A stretch of 64,000 nucleotides of DNA from Saccostrea cucullata (taxonomy: Eukaryota). The stretch's first letter is position 1. Each line of letters opens with the position of its first letter. Below are positions 25,801 to 38,534 of the stretch, one piece after another. The position numbers and the translations under genes are program-made. The notes under the pieces were generated by a model. That model had not been told where the DNA came from, searched no databases, and saw only the letters and a program-made list of their open reading frames with translations. The DNA lies in the NCBI RefSeq assembly GCF_032062105.1, contig NW_026917900.1, positions 1 to 64,000 of the forward strand, written 5' to 3'.

Positions 25801-28519
25801 ACTATACCGAACTGTAAATGACTCATAACAATAATGAAATTAACAAACATCCTATCGGTACATTCAGTACTTTGATTACTACAGCAGTGAAAGTGTGAAA
25901 GTGACGCAATATTCTCGTGAATGTTCAATATTCAATGCCATTTGAAGACTACTATATTTAAGCAAAATGTGTAAGTACCTTCTTCAGGATTCATAACATT
26001 ATGACAAACAAAACTTAAAAGGGATTTATTTAGTATATCTGACTTTAGTTTGAATTTCTGAGCTTGACCAACCCCCCTTCCCCACACCCCCCATAGCGAA
26101 TCGGGGATTTTGTACGTTTTCCTCCTAAAAAAATAATTACTTACATTAAACCATCCCTTGACTCCCATATGTTTAATTATTCCTCTTCTCTATAACTCCG
26201 ATTATACCATATTGTGTAAATTGAACCAATGCAGATGACGTTTGATCTTAACAAAAATCCAATCGGGGCAAATCCAAAGTAAAATACTTCATCGGCGTGT
26301 CTATTTTAGCTTGAAATTATAAACCTTTATAGATACTCTTGAAATCAAACTGATCTCATTTCATAATTTAAAGCATTGCCACAATTCAACTTCATAAAAT
26401 TTTCCATGACCTTACCGACTTATCGATTCATCAAGAAAACAAGAGGAGGTAAAAAACTAAATATTTCATTACATTGTATATGCATATGGACCTAAATTAT
26501 CCGGAATGATAGGTTGTAACTAAGGGTGAATATAAACATATATCTGAAAGAACTTAAGATATCCGGAATGGGGGACATAGAGTTACTGAAATAAACTCAC
26601 TTATCCGAGACAAGGCTCGTGTTAGTGGTGATAAGTAGTTTTGATAACAGCTACTGGTAATTATACCGAGATACGGGAAGTAAGGGCGAATTCTTCTAGT
26701 CCTAGGATATTGGTATTTCTCAACGGGGAGGAAACAGAGTATGCAAATATATTAAAATGGTCAATGAAAAAAATATTAAGTATTCTTAGAAAATTCATCG
26801 GCATAGCGGTTGTGTTTTCTATATATAAAAAGGCACAATCAAAAGAAATGTTTTGGTTTTAAAATCCTGACTGTTGGCATTCTCTTGTAATGAAACTTTC
26901 ATTTCCCTGTCCAGATTTTTGTTCTTGTGCTAATGAAACATAAAAATCGAAATCTTTACAAAATAATTCGTATCAAAAAAAAACCTCATAATATATTAAT
27001 ATGGTACATGGAACATGCTTAATTTTGCATCATTACAAAAATGTCCGATTTCCTCTTTGTATTTTATCCAGTATTTCTCTGACTAAGAAGAAACAAAAGT
27101 TAAGTCTTCAATCTTCTATCCAAGAATGGGTTCCATTTTGAACTAACTTTTGACATTCTTTTTAAACGTAATATTCAATAAAAGAAATGATCAATATGTA
27201 TGTAAGTTCAGGTAGTTACTGCAGACTGCCACTTACCATGTACATAGGTATGGATAAAATAAATGTAATGAAAATAGATATTTTTTTGGTGAACTGAGTT
27301 TAGACATCCCGAACAAAACCATCTACGCGCACCCCCTTTAAAAATACCTATATTATATTTTCTGCAGAAGTGACACCAATTTTCTGAGTTTAAATGGTTG
27401 AGTTTTTAACTATGAAAACATACTAATTTGTTGTCAGTCGTGATCTCTCTCTCTCTCTCAACACACAATTGTACACTTTTAATACAAAACACAAAATCAG
27501 CGCATCACCTAGTTGATTGTTGGCATTGTATGGGTTTATATAGGATGTAAGTTTAGATTTTTTCAAGCTATAAATCGAACAACTTTTCCCCAAGAGAACA
27601 CAGCGCATACTAGCATAAATACCTATAATCATTGACACACGGCAAAATGTTTTCAAATTCGACTTAGATAATATTGTATATTTTTTTCTATTTCTCCGCT
27701 TCAAATTCGATGTAAGTGCTTGGATTTAAAAAAAAAATAAAACAATTGTATGTTAAGGTAGATACTCTTTTTGGATTTAATACTTTAAAACTTATGAATA
27801 CAGAACCGAAAAACATACTCTTTTCAATTCATATCACTGAATATTAGAAGAAATGGCACGTTTATTACACTGTCCATATTTATGTTCGTTTGATAATGAA
27901 ACATAATAATCGGATTCTTTTTCAAAAAAGTGATGATATATTCAAATTGTATATGGAACATTCTTATTTTTGCATTACGACAAAAATGTCAGATTTCCTC
28001 TTTGTATTTTATCCAGTATTTCTCTGACTGAGAAGAAACAAAAGTTAAGTCTTCAATCTTCAATCAAAGGATGGGTTACATTTTAAATTAATTCTTGACA
28101 TTCTATTTAAACGCAATAACTTATGAATAACGGATAAATATGCATGTTAGTTCATGTTTATACATCAAACTGTCACATACCATGAATATATGAACGTATG
28201 ATTATTTTACAAAAAATTCAAATGTTATATTTTCCAATGAAGTGCAACAAAATCTCTTATTTTAAATAGTTGATTTTGATACTATGGAAACAATATTAAT
28301 TTGTTGTCAATCGTGTTCTCCCTCCCAAACACTCTCTCGCTATCTTTACAAATACGTAAATGTAGAAATGTAATACAAATCCAAATCTACCTTCATTACT
28401 TACTAAATTGTGGAACCTTTTTACGGGTTTAAACAGGATGTTAGTTGAAATTGTTTCAAACTATACAAGGAACATCGCTTCCCAAAGAGAACACAGCGCG
28501 TACTAGTATAAATACGTAC

Positions 28520-29479
28520 AAGAAACATATATTGACGCAAGCGTCAAAAATCGGCCGCAAACCAATTAATCTTGATTTTTTGAAGAAACTAAAGACTGAA
28601 ATGGTGATCTGTTTTTAAAATATCTGATATTTATCTGTTAATATATATCCTCGTGACATTAAACGCTTGTGCAAGACATTGCATGATTTTCTTAATTATA
28701 AAATACATGTTCAGTATTACATGTACATGTATACAAAAGCAAAGTACCCCTGGTCCTCTGCGTCAACAAACCGTGGGCCTCTATAATTAAGAGGCATTTA
28801 CATTAAAAGTTTAAAACTAAATTTTAATGTAATCTACAACTAGATATGTAGTGTACTTTTAATTTAATAAAAACGCAACAAATATGAGGGGCTCCTTGCT
28901 CTCTCTTAGAGGAAAAAACTAAACTCCCTTTAGATCCGTCACTACATTTCTTCTCTTTCAGTTTCTTTGAATTGTAGCGGGAAAATTCTTGGCACATTGT
29001 CAAATACGAATAATCCTCGTCTGCTAAGGGTAAAATCTTGTAATATTCCGTAGCCTTCTAGGTCTTTTGATGAATTAACATTTAACCATATTTTTGAAAA
29101 ATTTTATATATGTACATGTGTACACATCATTTTATAATAAATACGTACAACAAATCCTGTTTGAATACAGAAAGTAAAATTGTGCAGTAAGCATAATGCG
29201 GTCTTTGCTTTAGACTATGCCCAACACATGTCTTAATTTTCTCCGCACCTCAGACATGTCTAAGTTTCTCAATCAGGATTGGATGAAATATTTACTTCAT
29301 TCTTTATTTGAAAAAAATAATTTTATGTTTATTGTGCGTTCTTCTTAAACATTTAGACGTTCTTTTAAACATACTATTATATTAATGCTAAGTATTTTAA
29401 ATTGTCTTTACTCCGCAGAAACGCACAGCGACTTCAAACTTTCACATCATATAACCGATCGCCTCCTGGCGGCCGGTAA
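28520..29479 (-). mobile_element. HINE-like insertion in an array unit
   Basis: Splits the unit motif 'aaatacgta|taatca.tgacg'. Minus-strand 5' 'ttaccggccgcc'; 3' 'gcggccg' followed by hairpin 'ttgacgcttgcgtcaa' and 'cttg'; no TSD. Confidence 0.65.
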
Positions 29480-30248
29480 TAATCATGGACGCACGACAAA
29501 TTTTTTTCTTACTCGACTTGGGCATTATGGCGTATATTCTTCTATTTCTCCACTTCAAATTCGATGTAAGTAATTACAGAAAACGGGACGGGAGATATAT
29601 CTTTAAGACATTATCAGTTCTATTATACCAATTTGCTGCTTAATTGTTCCAATTTTAAACAACATGTAGCTGCAATAACTGCTACTGGGAAGACTTCCGG
29701 GAGGCGCATCACCAAATTAATTGATGGCATTGTACGGATTTATACAGGATGTTAGTTTAGATTTTTTTCCCATTTTTTTAAAATATAAGTCATATACAAA
29801 ATGTCATAATATATTCAAATGGTACATGGAACATGCTTATTTTTGCATCATGACAAAAATGTCAGATATCCTCTTTGTATTTTAACCAGTACTTCTCTGA
29901 CTGAGAAGAAACAAAAGTTCAGTTTTCAATCTTCTTTCCAAGAATGGGTTCCATTTTAAATTAATTCTTTACTTTCTTTTTAAACGCAATAATTAATAAA
30001 GAAATGATCAATATGTATCTAAGTTCAGATAGATACTACAAACTGCCACATACCATGTACATAGATATGGATAAAATAAATGTAGTGAAAACACATAATT
30101 TTTCGATGAACTGGGTTTAGACATCAAATATCCCGAACAAAACCATCTACGCGCATCCCCTTTTCCGGAGAAGTGCCACCAATTTTCTGACTTTGAATTA
30201 GTTTTTTTTTTAAACTATTACAAACAATACTAATTTGTTTTCAATCGT

Positions 30249-30305
<57 letters not shown>

Positions 30306-31148
30306 TCGAAAACATAAAAGTACACTTGAAAAACGACACCAAATAAAAGAATCATCTAGTAAATTATTGCTATTTTCTTGTCTAAATTAGTAAGTTTAAA
30401 TTTTTTTCAAGCTATAAAACAAACAGCCTTTTCCAAAAAGAACACAGCGCATAGTAGTATAAATACGTATAATTATTGACGTATGACAAATTGCTATTCT
30501 TATTTGACAGGCATTATGGCGTATTTTCTTCTATTTCTCCGCTTCAAATTCGCTGTAAGTGAATACAGAAAATTAGACGAAAGAAATTATATTTTTCAAA
30601 ATTATTAAAACACTATTCGTTTTATTATACTTATATACTTAATTGCTCCAATTTTAAACATCATGCAGCTGCAATAACTGGTTCCTGGAAAACTACCGAG
30701 ATACGAAGTAAGGGCGAATTACTGTAGTTCCTAGGACGTTGATATTTCTCAAGTGTGAGTAAACAGAGAGTATGCAAATATATCTGTTAAAATGATAAAT
30801 GTGTTTTCTATACCATTTGGATTTAAAATCCTAGCTGTTGGTATTCTCTTTGAACTTGGGTTCAAAACTAAAAATGAATGTATTTACGTTAAGGTAGATA
30901 CACCTGTTGACTTTAAAACTGCAACACTCTATGAACACAGAACCGAAAAACATATATTTTTCAATTCATATCACTAAAATCGAGAAGAAATGGAAATTTT
31001 TATCCTGTCCATATTTTTGTTCGTGTGATAATGAAAAATTAAATCGAATTTTTTACAGTATATTTCATATCTTTAAAAAGAGTCATAATATTTTCAAAGT
31101 GTTCATGAGATACGTTTTTTTTTTCTTTTTTCCATCAAGACAAAAATG

Positions 31149-31383
31149 TCAGATTTCTTCTTCGTATTTTATCCAGTATTTCTCTGACTGAGAAGAAACA
31201 AAAGTTCAATCTTCAATCCAAGAATGGGTTTTATTTTGAACTTAATATTGACTTTAAATTTAAATGCAATAATTAATAAAAAAAAAAAATGGATCAATAT
31301 AATGTAAGTTCAGGTAGATATTGCAAATTGACACATACAGTAAACAAAGATATAGATAATATAAATGCAATAAAAACAGACAT
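31149..31383 (-). CDS. Candidate two-exon 27-aa hydrophobic microprotein MSVFIAFILSISLFT|SEKYWIKYEEEI (exons 31383-31339 and 31187-31149)
   Basis: AAA-ATG start context, gtatgt donor, 151-nt intron, 'ttttgtttcttctcag' acceptor. The second exon's frame is kept in 6 of 7 paralogous units. No expression evidence. Confidence 0.3.
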
Positions 31384-31542
31384 TTTACGGTGGACTGAGT
31401 TTCGACATCAAAACTCCCGAAGAAAAACATCTACGTGCACCCCCTTTAAAAAAAACTTACCATATTTTCCGAAGAAGTGCCACAGATTTTTTGATTTGAA
31501 ATGATTGGGTTTTTTTTAATTATTGGAAAACGGTCAATCGTG

Positions 31543-31593
<51 letters not shown>

Positions 31594-34117
31594 AACACGT
31601 AAATATACACTTTAAAAACAACACCAAATAAGCGAATCATCTAGTAAATTGTTGGTATTTTCGTGCCTATACAGAATGTTAGCTTAGATTTTTTCAAGCT
31701 ATAAAACGAACAATGTTTCCCCAAGAGAACATAGCGCATACTAACATATGGCACATGGCAAGATGTTTTTTAATTCGACTTGGGCATTATGGCGTATTTT
31801 CCTCTATTTCTCTGCTTCACATTCGATTTGACTAGTCCTAGGATATTGGTATTTCTCAACGGGGAGGAAATAGAGTATGCAAATATATTAAAATGATCAA
31901 GGAAAAAAATATTAAGCATTGTTATAAAATTCATCGGCATAGCGGTTCTGTTTTCTATATATAAAAGGGCACAATCAAAAGAATTGTTTCGGTTTTAAAA
32001 TCCTGACTGTTGGCATTCTCTTGTTACTTAAGTTTAAAACATAAAACAAATGTATATTGGTAGATACAATTGTTGGCTTTAAAACTGCAAAACTCAGAAT
32101 ACAGAACCGAAAAGAATACCCTCTTCAATTCCTATAACTGTATTTGAGAACAAATGACACTTTCATTACCTTGTTCATATTTTTGTTCTTGGGATAATGC
32201 AACATAAAAATCGAAATTTTTACAATATAATTCGTATCTAAAAAAAACCTCTTGAAATATTCTAATGGTACATGGAACATGCCTATTTTTGCATCATGAC
32301 TAAAATGTCAGATTTCTTCTTCGTATTTTATCCAGTATTTCTGACTGAGAAGAAACAAGATTCCAATCTTTAATCCAAGAATCGGTTCCATTATGAACGT
32401 AATCTTGACTTTCTTTTTAAACGCAATACAAAATAAAAAATTGATAAATATTATCGTAAGTTTATGTAGATACTGCAAACTGCCACATTCCATGAACAAA
32501 GGTATGGATTAGATAAATGTAATGAAAATAGACATTTTATAAGGTGGACTGAGTTTAGACATCAAATCTCCCGAAGAAAAATATCTACGCGCATACCCTT
32601 TATAAACACCTATTTCATATTTTCCGAAGAAGTGCCACGTATTTTGAATGATTTTTGTTACTATAGAAAACAATACTAATTTGTTGTCAATCGTGCTTTT
32701 CTTCAACTCACTCTCGTTCTATCTTTCTCTTTCTGTCTCTCGCTTTTTTTATAAACACATTACTGTACACTTTTAATAGAAAACACCAAATAAGCGCATC
32801 AACTATTATAGTGTTGCTTTTGTACTGGTTTGTACAGGATGTAAGTTTGGATTGTTTCAATTGTAAAATGACAACCTCTCCCCAAGAGAACACAGCGCAT
32901 GGAAATATGAATACGTATAATCATTGACGAACGGCAAAATGTTCTCTAATCCGACTTTGGCATTTTTGCGTATTTTCCTCTATTTCTCCGCTTCAAATTC
33001 GATGTAAGTGCATCCTACCAAAACATACTAAAGTAAACTATTGTGAACTATAGTTTAGTATAGTTAACTGTGATACCAAAGTTAAAACATTGGAATTTTG
33101 ATCTATTTTGGCAAAAACTTTGAAAATTTAATTTACTCTATTAATAGTGAAAACTTTTGAATTTAGATTTACTATAGTAAAAAACCCGATTCCCTGTGTT
33201 TTTAATGATATAAAAAACATCACCATTAAGCACTTATAATTAGTATATCTATATTTTGCCGTTATCTATCAAATCATATATTGAAAAAAAAAGGTTTGTA
33301 AATTAAATGCATGCAGACATAGTTTTTATTATTGTGTTTATGCAGAAATTTCTCGAACATCTGCGATGGAAAATTGTCTGATTTCTCAGGCAAGATTCAT
33401 GTGATTTTTTTTATTCTTGTCCATTCAATGGAAATAAAACATACTTGCATGTACATAAAATATCCCGATCATGATAATTCACAGAATGTAACTTCTAACG
33501 CCTTTTAGGCCTTCTTGTGCATACGAAAAAAATGTCAAAATGAGTATCGTGATACTACAAATCTATTAATCGGTCGGAACGTCTTGTAGTTAATCGATTA
33601 GGCATTCTGCAATCGATTGCCATCCCTAGTATGTATATAATAAAAAAAATAATCGAACGCCGATTAAAACACTACCGGTTTCAATTATATCATCAGGATT
33701 TTTGACATATAGCTATAATTTAATTTTGTTTGTATTCTAGCCTTTCATACGTTGATTTCTAAAAGGGAACGTAAATTATTCTGTATAATCTTGTTTGGTA
33801 TGGGGACGCACCCCCCTAGACAACCAGCAGAATCATCTGTATCCATGCTCTCCCTTCATGTCCAGTCCTTGGGATTGATTGAAAATTGCAGATTTAATAT
33901 AGTATGTACATAATGTATATTCAACTTCAAACAGTAGCTCGATCTTACCTCATGTAAACAAACATCATGGCTGCTAGGTCTATGTATCAGTTATTACCTC
34001 CCCTCCTTCCCATCACTTCCGTTACTAAGGTTGTGTTATTGAGCGGCAAATTTGAACACATAAAAAGCAAAACAATTTCACATCAACAGTTGTTTAATTA
34101 TTTTAAAATGAAATTAT

Positions 34118-34267
34118 AAGGAGTGACTCTAATTCTTGGCCAAATTAACAGTTATAACCTGGCTTCAGTTCAGGCTTTTTTATAATGCACTTTGCGTATT
34201 ATAAAGCGTAAATTGACCCAGACCAGGTTATACTCTATAATTTGGCCAAGAATTAGAGTCATTCCTT
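34118..34267. repeat. Long imperfect palindrome
   Basis: 'aaggagtgactctaattcttggccaaatta...tataacctgg' / 'ccaggttata...taatttggccaagaattagagtcattcctt'. Confidence 0.8.
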
Positions 34268-34477
34268 GAAAATTTACATTCCCATTTATTTAATATTCTT
34301 TACAAATTAGAATTTTGTTCATTTTCTCATAGACTACCATGAATGAGCATGAATATCTCCATTGTTACGTCATACTACCGTACTTGACTTCAAAACTATA
34401 GTGCAATCTGTTTTGCTTAACAATAGAAGTTGAATTGCGTAATATTTGGAACTAGTCAGAAAAATAATGTAAATATG

Positions 34478-34618
34478 ATGAATTTAATTTTTGAAGAATC
34501 ATGAGGTATATGAACTACAACGCTTCACGCCGACATATTTATCGTTAGCGCCTCATGAAATACGCGACGTGAAGCGTCGTAGTTCATAACCTCATGAATC
34601 TTCAAAAATTTAATTCAT
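34478..34618. repeat. Long imperfect palindrome
   Basis: 'atgaattt..tttttgaagaatcatgaggt.tatgaactacaacgcttcacg' / 'cgtgaagcgtcgtagttcataacctcatgaatcttcaaaaatttaattcat'. Confidence 0.8.
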
Positions 34619-37399
34619 TTTTTAAATAGATACAAACAATTCAAAGTATATTGTGACGTCATATAACGTCAAATAATGGTTGTGCTTTAGTAAATTGTCC
34701 ATCATGATAGGGCATTTAGCTTTGGTTGAAGCAATGAAATGTGATGAAATGGAATGAAGTGTTTTTATTTTATATACATGTTCTACAACAAGACTTAGAA
34801 AAGAACGTGAAATCAAGGAAAACCATTTTATTTCATTGTTTTGACCAAACCAACCCTATCATGATACAATTATAAAGGTCTGAAATACATTATGTTCATT
34901 GTGCTGAATTTAAATTGTTGGAGTGAACTACCCTGGAAAGGTCCAACTTCTAAGGACCCCGTGTTTTATGATTTGGCGACCAATATGACATACTGTCAGA
35001 TTGTTAACATGGGTGGTAGATGACTCTGTGACTCTTAATTATTCATGCACTTTTTAAATGCAATTTTATACTCTTGTTAAAGACGTATTTCATGACACAA
35101 ATATCGGTACAATTTTGTGCACTGAATTGATTAGTTAAACTTACGCAGCACAGTCAGGGTACTCGAGGGAAATATTTGGATTTTTTGCTACAAAAATACA
35201 TTCTTGATGGCGAAACTGCTTTATGGACTTTTAAGAGCAACGCTGACCTTCACAGTTTTACACTAGACAGTATATGGAAGCTCTTTAGCTCAACATTCTA
35301 TTTAACAAAGAAACACAGGTTATTTCAATGCACACATAAATTGTCCTTGAAGAAAGCGACAACCACTCTTCCCTCAACTCTAAGCCTTCACATATAAGTT
35401 CCCCTAACACCATACCTATGACCATTAGATAGGTTGTCTTATTTATTATTAAATCTGTACCTAAAAGGGCATAGATAAGTTTTTATTCAAAGTTAAGGTT
35501 ATAAATATTTTTTAAACAAACAGAATTTTGTGAAAAGTGCTGCAATTATTTTAAGAAATAAACAACGTTATTCAGTGAACACGGGGTTATGAATAGCAAT
35601 TGCTCTGCTGGCATATTCCATGATGCGCAATAGCAGTTTCATTATTTCTAGAGCTTCCCCATAAATATGATTTTGAGTTTTTTTAAATAATATTTGATAT
35701 AAAAATAAATTTATGAAGAACGAGTATGTGTTAAACACGGAATTATCTGATGAAAATACACCATAAATATTTAAAGAATTATATTATAATATTAATGTAG
35801 ATATCAATTAGTTATACGAATGATAAAAAATATATAATATTTTTAAAGTCCTTGTGAAAAGGAAAAGGATCTGCGTAGACCCTAGGTATGCCTTTCCTCT
35901 TAAATGTTAGCAAACATTCTGTTGGATTTTCGTCTTTTTTCTTATTTTTTTCTTTTTTCGTCCTAACTTGTTAATGACCAAGATGAATTTATTGTCCGTA
36001 ATTTGCGAAGATTGCAATGAATATTAAATAATATTAATCATACCAAAGGCATACATTATTATAAACAAATGAAAGATAAAGTGAATACATGTGCATTAAT
36101 GTATGAATGTATCAAATTATATACTATAAAAATTAATTGAATTTCAGTTTATATTGTAACAATTATGATGCTTTTACACTTATGCAATCAAGGGTGCAAT
36201 TGATACATTCATACATATAGGGTAGAAACTCATTTGGCAGAATAAGCATAATATTTAAGAGTTTAAATCCTTATTTTAAATTTGTCCTAAAATTCGGCAT
36301 GTAATCTTATGATAATAAAGATATTTATGTTTTTTTTAAAAATGCTGGCAGTACCATGTGGGTCTTGGGAAGAATTTTGAAATGCTGAACATGATATACA
36401 TACCATTTGCAGGTGATTTTAGAAAATTTCCTACTTTGTTTTTTATTTCCTTTTTTCATTGATGATAAAATAATTCTTTAAATATACTGACACAGTCTTA
36501 TTTTAATTTGAATATTAAGTAAGATTATTTTATCCATGCATATGTTTTTTCAAGGGCACACTTGAGCATTGCATACTTGCAATTTCTAAACAAGTCAAGT
36601 ATATGCATAAACAATGCTCACAAAGCAAGTAATTTATGGTTCTTAAATTCAACACATGTTGTGGAATAAGATTGGCCATTTTGAAGAGATTAAATCTACA
36701 GGATCTAGTCTCTTAAGATTTCTCGAACATATATGTTAATCAGTTGAGATTTCAGAAAAAAGACACTAATTCTTCTTTCAAAGCAGTCAAAGAAGATGCA
36801 ACACCATTAATTTGATTTAAATAAAAGTATGCAAGAGAATCAATGAAGTATACCTATAAACATTCTTTCCTGACTCTTGCACTGGCTGGGTTATCACAAG
36901 TACAACTAATAATCCTGAATATAAGAATAAAACGTGTTTTTAAGGTTGATCTAATGTGTTTTTATGCTTAGTATTACTTTGTCTCAATAAAAATATATAA
37001 AATCAAACTATGCTATTTTCATTCATTTTTAAGATAAATTTCATTGATATGCAGCTTATAAATAATTTCAAATATGAATAGCTCAGTCTTCACTATTAAA
37101 CATTTGAACATTTCGCATAGATTTGTCACATACATGGATCACATAGGAAAATCTGAGACTTTTACAAAAATATGTAAATGTGAGTATTTCAGCCTGATTT
37201 TCAGCTTATTGGCATGTTTAAAATAACTTTTGATCAGAAGGTTCACAGTCGGTCATGTAGATATTTCAGCTTATTCTGTTTAAGTTTGGTTTAGTCAGTC
37301 CAACCTGATTGATGGGGGTATATGGCCATCTTTTAAAAACTGTTTGGTTGCCTTCTTTGGAACAACTGGCTAATTATTGTCCCACTCTAAACTTTTTTC

Positions 37400-38534
37400 T
37401 ATCCATTCCGAAAAATAGATTTTGAGCATTCAAAGGATTAATTTTGAAATTTTCAAAAATCCCAAAGAAATATGCACTGAAATATGTGACATTTACAACA
37501 ACCAAAGCCTGTTTTGTAGACAAATAAGCAGGTGGATTTCAATGATAAAAATTATATATTGGGCATCAAAAATGGGAACCGTCCTTTCAAACAAAAATTT
37601 ATAACAGCTTATGTACTGTTTGCCAAATTTCAACAAATAATATTTGATGATGTAGGATTGACTTTAAGACACATAGCAAATTTGATATTATTTCCGGAGT
37701 AGTTTATACCGTTTTTAAGGAACGTTTGACGGTAAAAAAAGCTTATTACTCAAAGGTCACCCCATATTTTGAAAAATGAGTGAAAACGACAGCGTGTACG
37801 AAGGTCATATCAAGTATTATTTCAAAATATCAGTAATTGTAGTTATCCACGCTTGTTTGATATTCAAACAGGATGGAACTAAAATCTATTGCTTAAAACC
37901 CTCAAGACAAAATTTACTTTGTACAATTTAAAAGATGTACTTGATGAAAACAGCGAAGGTCTGACAAGAGCAATGAATTGCAAGAGCACAAAGACAGATT
38001 TATATGCAATTTTCTTAAACATTAGTGGTATTGTTGTTCAAATTCGTATTCGGAGAGACAGTTTAATTTCTGGAGGAGTCTAGAAAGCAAATTTTTTGCA
38101 AGAAATTCGAAAGGTTTATCAGAGGAAGAACCCAGAATCAGAAATCCACTTCATTAAATTTCTTCCTTACAGCGTCCAAACTCGCACGCCCTGTAGAGTA
38201 AAGGTGTTTTCGGGATAAATAGAAAGTTAATATTTTTTCTCATTAATAATATCCGCCAGATCTTTGACCTTTTGACTTGTTTCTATTTCCAAACTTGAAG
38301 AAACAAATTTCAGAAGGAAGAAACAAGTCCAGGAAATCACTGGATCTCCCATTCTCTACTAAGGGTCATTCCCAAAAATGAGTTCTAAAAACAATCAAAA
38401 ATTGGATAAAAAATGTTACGGACATGTGTTTTAATTAAAAGAGACTAAGTTAAATCTTAAAAATTAAATCATTGAAAAGCGTCTTTTGCTTCTCTCCGAG
38501 CACCGAGGACATTATTTATTGAACAGCCCTCGTA
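37400..38534 (+). mobile_element. Highly decayed mariner transposon
   Basis: Fragments EICTEICDIY...SRW and DVGLTLRHIA. A YSPDLAPxDFFLFPxLKK-like segment ('atatccgccagatct...gacttgtttctatttccaaacttgaagaaa') lies at ~38250-38305. Right TIR 'ttattgaacagccctcg' plus TA. Confidence 0.75.

Larger units (their letters stand above)
15170..33010. repeat. Interrupted tandem array of about 8 diverged ~1.3-kb units
   Basis: The block 'tatttctccgcttcaaattcgatgtaag' occurs near 15625, 18268, 22218, 27689, 29543, 30532, 31805 and 32979. The block 'ccagtatttctctgactgagaagaaac' occurs near 17645, 21654, 27068, 28013, 29886, 31173 and 32332. Block order is conserved and there is a (CT)n tract in each unit. 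Confidence 0.92.

Noticed and set aside
27423-27704. 93-aa minus ORF (and 15333-15542) as the array's gene product
   Set aside because: The frame is broken by indels or stops in sister units and runs through the (AG)n tract.
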